A stretch of DNA of 63,913 nucleotides, filler included, from Octopus bimaculoides (Eukaryota): the NCBI RefSeq assembly GCF_001194135.2. It is 5 parts of 5 records of this genome, joined end to end, with 100 filler letters (N's around TTAATTAATTAA, not from the genome) between each part and the next. Parts side by side here need not be neighbours in the genome. Positions count along the whole stretch, not along the records: positions 14,449 to 29,952 come from NC_068981.1; positions 30,053 to 41,007 come from NC_068986.1; 3 more parts are not named here. The stretch is one strand, 5' to 3'. The notes under the pieces were generated by a model. It was not told the origin of the DNA. It worked only from the letters and a program-made list of their open reading frames with translations, and made no database searches. Of the stretch, positions 23,744-36,000 are shown piece by piece (position 1 is the stretch's first letter; each line of letters opens with the position of its first letter). Position numbers and translations under genes: made by a program.

Positions 23744-25052
23744 AATGACTACCACAAGTAAAAATAGAAAAAACACTTTGGAGTCAATACGTCCAACTAA
23801 AATTTCTTCATGGCGGTGACCCAGCATGGCCACAATCAAATGACTGAAACAAGTAAAAGGTGAAAAGAAAGAAAAGATAAAAGAAAATTATAAGAATGGG
23901 TGTTTTGTCCACTTCCACCGGTAGAGTGGAACTCTAAAGAAATGGCGCCGTTATTTTCTTTTCTCTCTCTCTCTCTCTCTCTTTAAAAGAACGCGCGCGC
24001 GCACACATATGTATGTATATTCATTCATGTTTCAGATATACCTATTTTTCTCACTTCTCCGTTCAGATAGAAATATACAAATTTCTTTCGCATACGCAGA
24101 GACAGCTTGACAGTGAAACCATACGCACAGAGACACAAATTCACAGAGAAACGAAAATCATCGGCACACCAACAAAAAGACAAACACACAACTCCTTGCT
24201 CTGCATTCATGTAATATAGCGTCGGAATTTCAGCAAACACACTGACACCATTCAGCATTTGTACATTCATTTCACTATTACTTACTGATATTCACACATC
24301 ATTTCTACTTTCATTTCACTACAACTTACTGATATTCATTATCAAAAGCTTTTCTCATTTCCTTAAGCTATTCTTCTATATAATATACCTATTTTCCTTG
24401 TATTACTGTAAAATAGTGTCCGAATTTCATTTCACTATTACTTACTGATATTTATTATCCCAAAAATGTCTCATAAAAACGACCGTCACAAAACTAACAC
24501 CAAATAAACGTACGACGTGCATCAGAAAACGAAGATGAGCCACGCGCACGGTTTGCATATCAGCAAATCCTTGTGACGTGGCCAACTAAATCCTTGTGAC
24601 TGGCCGAGGTAAGTTCGGTTATGCTTTCAGGTTGTGTCGAGGCATGATGTTCACTCGTTCATACTTGCGCAGTTTGCTAGCATAGTCGAATGTACTACTG
24701 GAATATCATACCGATGACGGAAATTGAATATTATCATTCATAATCCAGAAACGCGTCTATGATTAACTTTAAATGGTTAGTTTTCATTGTTTTTTCTTCT
24801 TGTTTTTGCCTTTGTGAGTTACAAGTAATGCTATCTGTTGGAGTCTCAGCTTTTTTAGCTGCTATTTCTGAACTTCGGTATATGGTGAAGTAAATGCTTG
24901 CTGATCCCTTAATTATGTTTATAAATGTATGGGAACTTTTAAATAAGTTCTCCACCGATAATGGTGCTTACATACTGAAGGGCTTGGTAAAAATTATTAA
25001 TTGTTGATTTATTAATAAATTAATAAATTGATAAATCTTTACCCTTTTAATT

Positions 25053-25111
<59 letters not shown>

Positions 25112-25139
25112 GCATACACACACGAGTAAGCACATAAAT

Positions 25140-25310
25140 GTAAATCAAGGTGGAAAAAATATTACTCGAATAGCGGAGGTAGAGTAATATATATTTTTTA
25201 TTAAATCTGCTACTCAGTGTTTCACTTTCCTGTTTACGATCAAAATTTTATTCTATTCTGTATCACAACTGCCCGAAGAACGGGAACGTGAAACTCTGAG
25301 TAACAGCTTT
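25140..25310. mobile_element. Penelope-type pseudo-LTR remnant with inverted partial copy and hammerhead-like motif
   Basis: 25207-25233 is an imperfect reverse complement of 25280-25306; 25269-25306 folds as a minimal type-I hammerhead-like motif. Confidence 0.55.
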
Positions 25311-25699
25311 AATTAAAAAAAATGCATATTACGCTACCTGTGATGTTTAATAAAAAAAATGCATATTACTCTACCTGTGATGTTTTTGCCACTTTAATAA
25401 ATATATACATGTATGTGTGTGTGTGTGTGGCGAGCGCGTGCGTGTGCGCGTGCACCTGCGTGCGCGTGTGTATGTATTGTCTTTATATTGCAACTAAACT
25501 GAGTTTGTCTGATGACTCGAGTCTCATGCAGTTTTGATATTGAGACGGATTCTTGTCTGAAGATCGCAAAGTTTTGAAATTCGAGCTGCAAGACTAACTC
25601 TCAGTTTCAGTTTCATTAAAGAAACACATATTCCTGAGAGCATGTATTAACCGCTTGTTTCTTATTCGTTCAACAGAAATCAACGTACGTGTACACACA

Positions 25700-25775
<76 letters not shown>

Positions 25776-26541
25776 AACAACCACGCGCGCGCACACACAC
25801 ACATACATCCACACACACGCACACACGTGTGCAAGTAGGAGTTGGTGATGCAGGAATTATTTTGCCACATATATATATATTTCTTTTGAAGTATACGGTT
25901 ACAACTCTCATAAATATTCAGGGGACTTTATTCAATTAAGTGTAATTGATATTTCATTAGTTCTTCTGTCAACCTTTGAGAATAATACTTATCCTATAAT
26001 ATATATCACTGATAAAGATAGCTACGAACTCTCAACATATACTTAGCAACGATATAGTAAATGCGTTTTATATGGTGAAGGTCTTGATGTTGTTTAACTT
26101 TTTGTCAGACATTATCGAACACATCTGTGATCAATGCATTCCAGCCGTTATCACATCAACTTCTTCTGCAATTTACTACACCAGAATTACGTTGGGAATA
26201 TATCCCATTTCGTGAAGTGCACACTACGGGATCTGAAGGTTATTTACTTGCAATACCTCATACATTGAACGATCACATACAGAGATCTTAGTTACTATTT
26301 GCAATGACCGTAAGAAATTTTCCAAGGATGTTTTCATTACGGTTAAGTAACAGAGACAATGATTACTTAGCTTCTCTCGTTCCTTAATATTGATATTATT
26401 AAGAGTTGAAAATCCCAATTCATGTAGATATGAGGAAGAAAAATTAGAGCAAAGTTATCTAGTTGATAAATCTTATCTAGTAACTATGGGGCATTTCTCT
26501 GGAGTAGTCCAAAACGGAATGAATAATTAGAGTGTATGAGC

Positions 26542-26582
<41 letters not shown>

Positions 26583-26704
26583 CTTCTTCTTCTTCTTCTT
26601 CTTCTTCTTCTTCTTCTTCTTCTTCTTCTTCTTCTTCTTCTTCTTCTTCTTCTACTTCTTCTTCTTCTTCTCCTTCTTCTTCCTCTTCTTCTCCTTCTTC
26701 TTCT
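26542..26704. repeat. (GTT)n(CTT)n compound microsatellite
   Basis: Direct reading. Confidence 0.95.
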
Positions 26705-27411
26705 TGTGTCTCATTTGAGAAAACTAGATCTGTCGATACACTTTAGGTCACTGTAAGAATCTATTATTCATGTTGCCTTTCTCTCCTTCCACAGCAATAA
26801 GAGAAGCCCTGCAGAAAGCCAAGGATGCTGCATTTCTTTCTCAAAATGATCCAAAACAAAGAAGCAAGGACTGTACATATTATGTGTTGTTTATAAGTGC
26901 CTGTTTTATACGATTAAAGTTAATTACGAAGTATTTTGCGGGAAGGTGAACCATATATATCAATTCAAGATTTCAGAACTATATCAACATCTTACAAAAT
27001 AAATAAGTAGAAAAATCCTTAGATAATGATGATCTACCTGGTAGATCTTACTTGCTATTCATGTGGAAATTTCTCAATAAAAGATCTTTGAAATACTTTA
27101 CAGTATTGTTACTATATCAAGGAAGGCAGTTTGTTTTTACAGTTATAAAAACAATTTCGCATTAAACTAAGGATTCTTCATCAAATTTTGTACAGTACAT
27201 ATATATCATCGTTCGATGATGGCTTAGCAAGCCGACACGTTGAAAACACTGAGAATAGTATTTTTGTTTAAGAACAAATTCTGCAAAAGTATAGAATATC
27301 TCTTAGATTAATGTAAACTTTTTATTGTAACTAAACATAAATACGAACATTAATACACACACATACATACACACACTATATATATATTTACATACAGAGT
27401 ACGGAGGAGTA

Positions 27412-28370
27412 CTCTGTAAGTTGCAGAAGAATGGAGGAACTGACTCAGGAAATGAACAAGTACACCTGAAATATCTTAGGCTGACCGAAGTCAAGGTTTG
27501 GTGACACAACAGATGAATTTCACAAACTATAATACAGCTGAGATGAAACCAATCGTGAATATGGAGTGGGTTTCATCTTCAACAAAATCCCGTGTAAGTT
27601 TAGTCATCATCTGTGCAGCAGTATTCAGAAGGATCATCAAAATACATGTGGCTGCAGGACAATAGAATATTAGTATCATACAAATCTATGTGGCAACTCT
27701 TGAATATGATGAAGATGCTGTTGAGGAATTCTAGTTAGATATGGAAAAAATTATAACGGTAACTCCTAAACAAGATGTTCTCATTGTCCAAGGAGACTGG
27801 AATACCAGGAGACTGGAAAGCCAGAGTAGACACCAATACATGTAAGCAATGGGCTGTGACAGTAGGACTTTTCGGGATCAGAGAAACTAATGATCATGGA
27901 ATGCGAGTCCTAGATTTCGCTAGGAAGCACACGCTGACACCAGCCAACATGCTGTTCCCACACAATTCCTGGCGCAGAACAACATGGCACGATCCCAGTC
28001 ATAGGAACCACAAACTAAATCGACTTTATCCTCACACCTTAAAATTTCAAGTCCAACATCAGCACGGTTAGGACTACGACATTCCCAAGTGCAGATGCCA
28101 ATAGTGATCATGATTTGCTCATGATAACAATGAGGCTGAAACTGAATATAACCCACCAGAAATGAGTATTAGGTTTGATGTAGAAAAACCGAAAGAACCT
28201 AGGGTTGCATCGAAGCTTGAGTCGAAAGTAGGTGATAGGTTTGCAGTCCTTAACCTTCCGGCAGATGATATAAGCTTTCCGACCAACAACAGCAGGGTAG
28301 CACTTTAGGAAATGAATCTTGAAGGGAGATAAAGGGGGAAAAAGAAACCATGGGTCACTGATGACATTTG
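27412..28370 (+). mobile_element. Degenerate RTE-clade LINE AP-endonuclease region
   Basis: Frameshifted peptides RMEELTQEMNKY, EYGVGFIFNK, ISIIQIYVAT..YDEDAVEEF, DVLIVQGDWN, NDHGMRVLDF, TWHDP, SDHDL: APE motifs of RTE elements. Confidence 0.88.
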
Positions 28371-28478
28371 AATTTAACCTTATTATTGGATGGACGTGTC
28401 TCCCGAAGCTCTGTAAGTTGTTGCCGTTTTTACCCGGAAATCTTTTGAAATCTGTTTTAAATTTTATATATTGTTGTA

Positions 28479-29952
28479 GCCAAGCCGACTAGGTTCTTGC
28501 GGAGCTAGTCGGTTAGGCGAGATTTCCCCCATTTAGGGGTGAATTCTTCGTTTGAAAAACTTCCATTTTCACATTTCACACGTATCATATCTGAAAAATG
28601 TCGGAAAAAAAAANNNNNNNNNNNNNNNNNNNNNNNNNNNNNNNNNNNNNNNNNNNNNNNNNNNNNNNNNNNNNNNNNNNNNNNNNNNNNNNNNNNNNNN
28701 NNNNNNNNNNNNNNNNNNNNNNNNNNNNNNNNNNNNNNNNNNNNNNNNNNNNNNNNNNNNNNNNNNNNNNNNNNNNNNNNNNNNNNNNNNNNNNNNNNNN
28801 NNNNNNNNNNNNNNNNNNNNNNNNNNNNNNNNNNNNNNNNNNNNNNNNNNNNNNNNNNNNNNNNNNNNNNNNNNNNNNNNNNNNNNNNNNNNNNNNNNNN
28901 NNNNNNNNNNNNNNNNNNNNNNNNNNNNNNNNNNNNNNNNNNNNNNNNNNNNNNNNNNNNNNNNNNNNNNNNNNNNNNNNNNNNNNNNNNNNNNNNNNNN
29001 NNNNNNNNNNNNNNNNNNNNNNNNNNNNNNNNNNNNNNNNNNNNNNNNNNNNNNNNNNNNNNNNNNNNNNNNNNNNNNNNNNNNNNNNNNNNNNNNNNNN
29101 NNNNNNNNNNNNNNNNNNNNNNNNNNNNNNNNNNNNNNNNNNNNNNNNNNNNNNNNNNNNNNNNNNNNNNNNNNNNNNNNNNNNNNNNNNNNNNNNNNNN
29201 NNNNNNNNNNNNNNNNNNNNNNNNNNNNNNNNNNNNNNNNNNNNNNNNNNNNNNNNNNNNNNNNNNNNNNNNNNNNNNNNNNNNNNNNNNNNNNNNNNNN
29301 NNNNNNNNNNNNNNNNNNNNNNNNNNNNNNNNNNNNNNNNNNNNNNNNNNNNNNNNNNNNNNNNNNNNNNNNNNNNNNNNNNNNNNNNNNNNNNNNNNNN
29401 NNNNNNNNNNNNNNNNNNNNNNNNNNNNNNNNNNNNNNNNNNNNNNNNNNNNNNNNNNNNNNNNNNNNNNNNNNNNNNNNNNNNNNNNNNNNNNNNNNNN
29501 NNNNNNNNNNNNNNNNNNNNNNNNNNNNNNNNNNNNNNNNNNNNNNNNNNNNNNNNNNNNNNNNNNNNNNNNNNNNNNNNNNNNNNNNNNNNNNNNNNNN
29601 NNNNNNCTAAAAGTGAACAGAGTAAAAGAAAAAAACTGGTTGGGCATGGAAATGCATCTCCTTGTTCAGATTGAACAAGATAGCATAAATACCATACCCG
29701 ACGCCATAAACCTGCCGGATGGCAATAGAATACACATTGCAGTAGAGGGGCGCAGACCAAAGTGCTAACTCTGCAGCAGTGAAAAACACCTAAACAGAGA
29801 CTGCCCCATCTACAAGCAAAGAATGGAGGCAGACAAAAACAGAAAATTGCAGCAACAACAACAACAACCAAAAGCCTCCACACCACCAACACCATTACCA
29901 CCAACACCATCACCACCAACACCATCACCACCAACACCATCACCACCAACAC
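28479..29952 (+). mobile_element. Tx1/L1-like non-LTR element 5' end and ORF1 (gag-like, CCHC knuckle), interrupted by gap
   Basis: After the gap: IPDAINLPDGNRIHIAVEGRRPKC*LCSSEKHLNRDCP (CX2CX4HX4C with a premature stop), then poly-Q and PPTPS repeats. Linking the pre-gap 5' hairpin and ATG (28598) to it is inference. Confidence 0.6.
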
Positions 29953-30052
29953 NNNNNNNNNNNNNNNNNNNNNNNNNNNNNNNNNNNNNNNNNNNNTTAA
30001 TTAATTAANNNNNNNNNNNNNNNNNNNNNNNNNNNNNNNNNNNNNNNNNNNN

Positions 30053-30520
30053 TAAAAGCCATAATTTTAAGGAGCGATAAGAATTTTTGAATAAAGGAAA
30101 ATGGGTAGCGGTGGGTAGGTACCGCCAGCGAGTAGATAGGGCTCTTAATTGTAGATTTTAAATATTTGAGAGACAACAATGCATAAATCGTAATTTTTAA
30201 AAGAGCAATGAATTCTAGGTGATTAGAATATAACGTAGCATGAATTTAGGAAGCTTAGAAAATGAATAAGCATGAATTTAAGACAACAACTGAATTCAAT
30301 TGAATTTCATGGAGAGAAACAAGATAAATAATAGAGGGCAAACTAAAGCGCGAAGGTATGAGATGTTTGAGGCCGTAAATAAATAAAAAATCTCTATCTT
30401 ATCTGCATCTTGGAGATTTCGTCGTAGTATGTCGATGTCAATTTTTTACAATCTGCTGCAAAAACAAGTCCACTGATTGAGCTGTTCATTGCTTGATGGA
30501 CTAGCTCAGAAACAGGGGAT
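30053..30520 (-). mobile_element. Degenerate CR1/Jockey-like RT remnant
   Basis: LVHQAMNSSISGLVFAADCKKL resembles the (Y/F)ADD motif region; otherwise heavily decayed. Confidence 0.4.
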
Positions 30521-30864
30521 AGAAAGATGGAGGGAAAATTAGATGTAGTAAGAAACATATACAACAAGTTTTTTGTTATACTTAAATATTTCTAATAATA
30601 TCAATACAGTGAAGAAATAATTCAGCTCTCACCATCTATAAATGTGAAATAGAACCAATATTAAATAACTGCTCACATCTATGGGACAGTGCTGCTGCTG
30701 CTACACACGCTTATGAACACTCTAAACATCCAAAAGAACTCTTGATTAATTATCACTATTGTCGGCAGCGATGAGATTTTCTATGTCCAAATCCCCTTCT
30801 TGTCACCAATCTATAATTCAGGCGTAGAATAGAAAGATTCATAGAAACAAAAACACAAACTTAC

Positions 30865-30960
30865 CATTATAGACAATTTCAAAGTTGAAAGGTTCACCAT
30901 CATAAAGTTCTGTCAGGTGTTTCATAGCAATCACAAGAGAGAGTTCAAGGATAGACAAAC
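30865..30960 (-). CDS. ORC4: ORC4 internal exon (ORC4 C-terminal domain), 96 nt
   Basis: (G)[31 protein letters not shown], cf. [32 protein letters not shown]; acceptor ctttctaatgtag, donor gtaagt; phase 1/1. Confidence 0.95.
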
Positions 30961-31707
30961 CTACATTAGAAAGAGTAAAACATTCTTAGATCATTTACTT
31001 ATCAAATATCTCACGTTGAGTTTTTACCAATCAAAAGAATAGTAATGATAATAAATCCTTTTTACTATAAGGCACCTGACCTGAAACGTTAGAGAAGGGT
31101 GCTAGTTGATTTCATCAACCCCAGTACTTAACTGGTATTTATTTTATCAAGCCAAAAAGGATGAAGGGCAAAGTCAACTTTGGATCATGAACTCAGAATG
31201 TAAAGAGGGATGAAATGCTGTTAACAATTTTGTCAGCTCACCGCTCTCATGGTAAAAATAACAATGATAGTGGTTACAATGGTAGTGGTTTCAATGGTAG
31301 AGGTGCTAGACATTGGAAGGAGTAGTGGTGGTGATACAGACTGGTAATGAGAAGTAGAGGCAAAAGTACTGACAATGGCAGTGGCAATGTTGAAAGTGGT
31401 GGAGGCACCACTCTACCAACTAAAAGAGATGATAGTTAAGATAATGTTAGATTACTGTAGTATTAGATGAATGATATGTAAAAGTAAGACATGATGGTTA
31501 TGGTTGGAAAACTTCAGATAAAAGAGAGCCAGGCTGGAGCTAAACAACAGCAAGCATATTGAAACTGATGTAGCTATCAACCCCAGTGACACTACAGAAG
31601 TGCCATTTTATATAGAAACAGTTTCTATGACAACCACACATAGAACAACAATAAAAAGGAGAGACAGAGAGAGAGAGACAGACAGAGAGAGAAAAGGTGT
31701 GTCTTAC

Positions 31708-31816
31708 CATGTAGTATGACAGATTTGCTGTCTGTACTCATCCTTTTGAAGGAATCAATAAAATCTGAGACTTGCAAGAATGGTTGAGTGGAACTGAGGT
31801 TACAGATTGGTCCCAT
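31708..31816 (-). CDS. ORC4: ORC4 internal exon, 109 nt
   Basis: MGPICNLSSTQPFLQVSDFIDSFKRMSTDSKSVILH(G), cf. vertebrate HPF...DSKANIVHG; acceptor catatttcag, donor gtaaga; phase 0/1. Confidence 0.92.
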
Positions 31817-32825
31817 CTGAAATATGACACTAAATTAGAGTGTTGGCTAGTATAGTTAATATTTATTGTCATTAATACCACTATAACCAATATTACTGCA
31901 ATTAATATTACTGTAATTAATTTTACTACAATTAATATTACTTCTACTACTACCAAAACTACTGCTGGGAATAGTAGTAGAAGTGATAGTAGTAATTGCA
32001 ATAATAATTACATTGGCAGTAGGTAGGTAAGTGTCTTACTAAGACATACATACAAACAGAGAGATAAAGAAATAGATATGCAGATATACATATAGAAAGC
32101 TAATAAGATAGATATATAGATAGGTAAACAGACTGATACATAGATATGTAGATAGGAAGGTACACAGGTAGGTCAATAGATTAAATAATAAAAGATTTAT
32201 TGTGGCCATCAATCAAAACTGAGTATGAGTTGGTAACATGTATCATGTTTTTGTGTGAATTGTTTTAGGTCCCACCTACATAGCAGTGAGCAGACAGACA
32301 TCCACTCAGCTGTCTGCACAACTTTGACCAAGGAGAACACCTGGAAAAGTGGGTGCAACAATACTTGGTGAAGATTAATTTCAATTGAGTAGATTGGGGA
32401 GTGCTATGAAACAAAGTGCCTGGCTTGACATCACAATGCACCACCCCATCTAGAAATGGTATACAAGTCCTTGTGACTGTAAGCCCAACATCCTAATCAC
32501 TAGGTAGGGTACAAATATATTTACATAACTAATATGAGGGATATTCTGTTATGAGTATCCTCATCACCATCATGACCATTTTACATCCACTTTTCCATAC
32601 CGACATGGCTTGTCTCACAGAATATTGGCATTTTCTTACTCTTTCATCAGCTGCACTAACCTGACACACAAAACAGTTGAATACAAACTGACAAGCAGTT
32701 CCACTCGGCTTGAAGGGTCTTCTACTCAAGCACAGCATATTGCTGAAGGTTTTGGTCATTTGTCACTGCCTCCATGAGACACAACACTCGAAAGGTGCTT
32801 TTTACATATATATAAATACATATGA

Positions 32826-32869
<44 letters not shown>

Positions 32870-33209
32870 ACATGCATGCATAGCCTTGTCTCAATATCGT
32901 GATGGTTGCAAATAAACATCATGGTCATACAAGCTGGGTTGTTCGTTTCCAGTCTTCTTAGCAATGGGAAAATATTACCTTGCTTGGAAACGAAAGCTGG
33001 TAATTTCATCTGACTCATACAAGAATGGAAAAGTGGGACATTGTGAGAGAGAGTGTGCGTGCATATGTGTGTGAAAAAGAGAGGGACAGAGAGAGAGAGT
33101 GATTGAGCATGCACTGTTTACTACAACATTAATAAAGAACTACAGAGAGAACAGAAAAGAGCAGTATTATTGTTGTTGGTACAATAGCTACTATTATAAC
33201 AAAACTTAC

Positions 33210-33296
33210 CATAAATGTCTGAAGTCTTCGAATGTCTTTATCAATGCTGTACTGACGTTTCAGGACATCTTGAATGGTACCATCCTGACCCAGTTT
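33210..33296 (-). CDS. ORC4: ORC4 internal exon, 87 nt
   Basis: KLGQDGTIQDVLKRQYSIDKDIRRLQTFM, aligning to the vertebrate segment [29 protein letters not shown] as recalled; acceptor atatctttgctag, donor gtaagt; phase 0/0. Too short for the ORF track. Confidence 0.9.
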
Positions 33297-34080
33297 CTAG
33301 CAAAGATATAAAGATCCTATATAGACATATACTTCAAACAATAAAGGCTAACTCCTGCTTACCATCTATTGACATCATGTTCATCTGTCAGAGTGATAAG
33401 GGCCATCTAATCAACCGTGACGATGACTGATGACTCGTTCCACTAAAAACTTCAAAATGATGCCCCAGCATGGCCTATCTGTCATCTCATTCAACATTAA
33501 GAAAACCAGGAGAGACTGAGGAAGCAGCTTTGTAGCTGTAGGGACCCAGCAGGGAACCCCACTGAACCATCTCCCAGCTTCTATCATCAAACCAGAAATC
33601 AATGGACATATGCAAACAGGCTGCAGTTCGTCCACAGTAGAACAGCAACTAACCTATATCAATGTGGATTTTGTGAATTCACTATATTTCCAGTATTTCC
33701 AGTCTAATGTCCCACAAAACACAGACCACATTCTATTGCACTGACACTTGTAGGAAATACGGAAAAATCCGTGAAGCAAACAAGATTGACATCAATTAGA
33801 TTTCAAGTGTAAATCTGAAGGTGTAAGAGACACTCAGACTAACCACTTTGTCCACTTCTTCCTCTCTTAGATCTGGATTTCTCATACAATCCCTCCTTAT
33901 TCTTATTTTATCCATATACACTACATCAGTCTGAAATATCTACAAATTCTTTCAGTGTTCCTCTTTGGACTTAAAAAATACAAAAAAATGTTTAAATGAA
34001 AAGATAACAATCTATAAAAAGTACTTTAAGAATTTATTTTCTTTCTACTTTAAATCAATATTTCACCAAAAAATACTAAC

Positions 34081-34254
34081 CTCAATGGAATCATTCCACT
34101 TTGAAACAAACTTGGAATCAGGAAACGTTTTTGGTAATTTGAGGTAGTTTTTAAAGACTTCTGTATATTCTTTGAAGGAGAGTTTATTGAATAAAAGGAT
34201 TTGGCGATGAGAAAAACGAGATTTAACACGTTTCTCTAACAGTTCCATCACATC
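34081..34254 (-). CDS. ORC4: ORC4 internal exon (arginine-finger region), 174 nt
   Basis: DVMELLEKRVKSRFSHRQILLFNKLSFKEYTEVFKNYLKLPKTFPDSKFVSKWNDSIE; ORC4 hallmark ELLEKRVKSRFSHRQI; acceptor ttggttgtttcag, donor gttagt; in frame with the previous exon. Confidence 0.96.
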
Positions 34255-34739
34255 CTGAAACAACCAAAATCATAGAACAGATTATAAGCACCAATCTGAA
34301 ACCAGAGAAGAGCATTGCTTACCAGCTAACTACAATACAAAGTATACTACAAATTCACTGCCATTCCATTTTCTTAAATTATTTATCAAAGGTGTAATTT
34401 TTCTGTTATCTTAACTGTTTTAACTAAACACTCAAAGCTATCAGATGTTTTTCATTATTAATGTCTAATACCAAGTTTTTAATATGAAATATATAACTTA
34501 TTCCTATTGGACAGTTTGTATTGTTAGCAATCTGTCTGTTCATCTGCATGCACACACACACAAACATACAGAAGAACCAAGATATCTGGTGTCTTGCTGT
34601 ACTCAAGAAAACCTGCCCACCACAGCAAAAACAATATCCTAAAACCACTTTGGTAATGCTCTGCCCCATCAACCTTCTCCCTCCAAGCACATTTCATCCC
34701 CCACCCACAAAGATCAAACACTACTCATATCAAGACAAC

Positions 34740-35045
34740 ATCACCACATCACACTCCTAAGCATGAGCATCACTCAGCTGAAATCCTCATGCTTGCTCCA
34801 TATACAAGTTCTCACAATCACCAGGAATATTTTCTGGCAAAAGCATATCCTAGCATAGCTAGGACTGCATCACATAGAGAAGCCCTTCTGTTTAGGACCA
34901 GAAGATATTTCACTCCCCAACAACAGCTGACACTCTACAAGGCTCAAGTGATGCCAACATGGAATAGTACTCCCGTATCTGAGGTAATGCTGCTGCTATT
35001 CACACAGGCATCCTGGATCAAATCCAATGCAGACTGGTTGGAATT
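34740..35045 (+). mobile_element. CR1/Jockey-like LINE RT C-terminal remnant in ORC4 intron
   Basis: SIARTASH...LLFRTRRYFTPQQQLTLYKAQVMP, then shifted frame with IWGNAAAIHTGILDQIQ-like sequence. Confidence 0.7.
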
Positions 35046-35529
35046 CCAACTCAGTATTAACAGCAGATGCGATAATGATGACTATTAAGGTGGTAAGTGG
35101 CCAAATCAGTGTAAGGGCCAACAACATATCTTGTGGTACTTAACCTTTAGCACACTGTAGGTGCATCATGTCATCATATGAATTTTCTCCCCTGTAATAA
35201 CAGGGCAGTGATAGGGGAAACAATTCTAGAGAAAACGCAGTGTGCTAAAGGTTAAATATGTCCTTTACATTCTGAATGGTAGATTTTGTTTCTCAGCTTT
35301 CCAAGGTTGATAAGATAAGTATCACTCATGTAATAAGGTTAATTAAATAAATAATACCCTTGCCTTGACATTTTTGAACTTGTGTCTATGTTTGTATATT
35401 ATTATCAACATTTTACTTCTCAGAGCTCTCAATTTTAATTGCTCCAGTTAATTCGATGATAGCAGACAGTAACCTGTTGTCAAATGTCTCACAGGGTATT
35501 GTTATTATCATTTTACTTCTCAGAGCTCT

Positions 35530-35968
35530 CGGTCTGATACTGGGGTAAAATATACAAAGCCCAGTATACCCATCATGACTACCTGTCTGATAAGGGTACA
35601 CCAGGCACATGCCTCACAACCATATGTGCGTGACATGGTGATCTCATATCAAGATTAACAGCACATGGCCTTGCAGATGGGGCCCAGTTAGAATTTTCTT
35701 CAGGTTGAGTAGCCTATCCTGCTTAAAAGATCCCTGAATAAGGGTTGTTTAAGGATGTTGAACAAAACACCCATGTTTCTAAAGGTGAATTATTCAACTC
35801 CAAAGAATTCCTCTAAACACATGGCTATAATGCTCCCCCACTACTTCTACTCATGATCAGAGATGCACATATCTTCAGCCACTAAGAGACATGCTCAACT
35901 GGTTAAGGTCAAACAACTGACAAGCAAATCTGTGGTATTGAGCAGAATATTTGCTGTAGCCAATCTTC
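35530..35968 (-). mobile_element. Interspersed repeat (probable non-LTR 3' region); second copy at 55790-56157
   Basis: Shares cccagttagaattttcttcagg, aataagggttgtttaaggatg and caactgacaagcaaatct with the 55.8-kb copy. Confidence 0.75.
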
Positions 35969-36000
35969 TGTGTAGCCCATCTTTTATTATTATCATTATT

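Noticed and set aside
24266-24452. Repeat-spacer-repeat pattern reminiscent of CRISPR
   Set aside because: Only three AT-rich units with very unequal spacers (17 and 89 nt), eukaryotic context, no cas genes.
24734-24955. 73-aa ORF MENLFKSS...
   Set aside because: No recognisable domain or splice context; within the length expected by chance.
30640-30700. Minus-strand CPIDVSS resembling the ORC4 C-terminal CPTDV
   Set aside because: In-frame TAG a few codons upstream; no AFEHL-like segment; no convincing acceptor.
32590-32660. Exon-like stretch VSAADERVRKCQYSVRQAMS in an ORC4 intron
   Set aside because: No ORC4 similarity, weak donor, and the flanking exons already join in frame.
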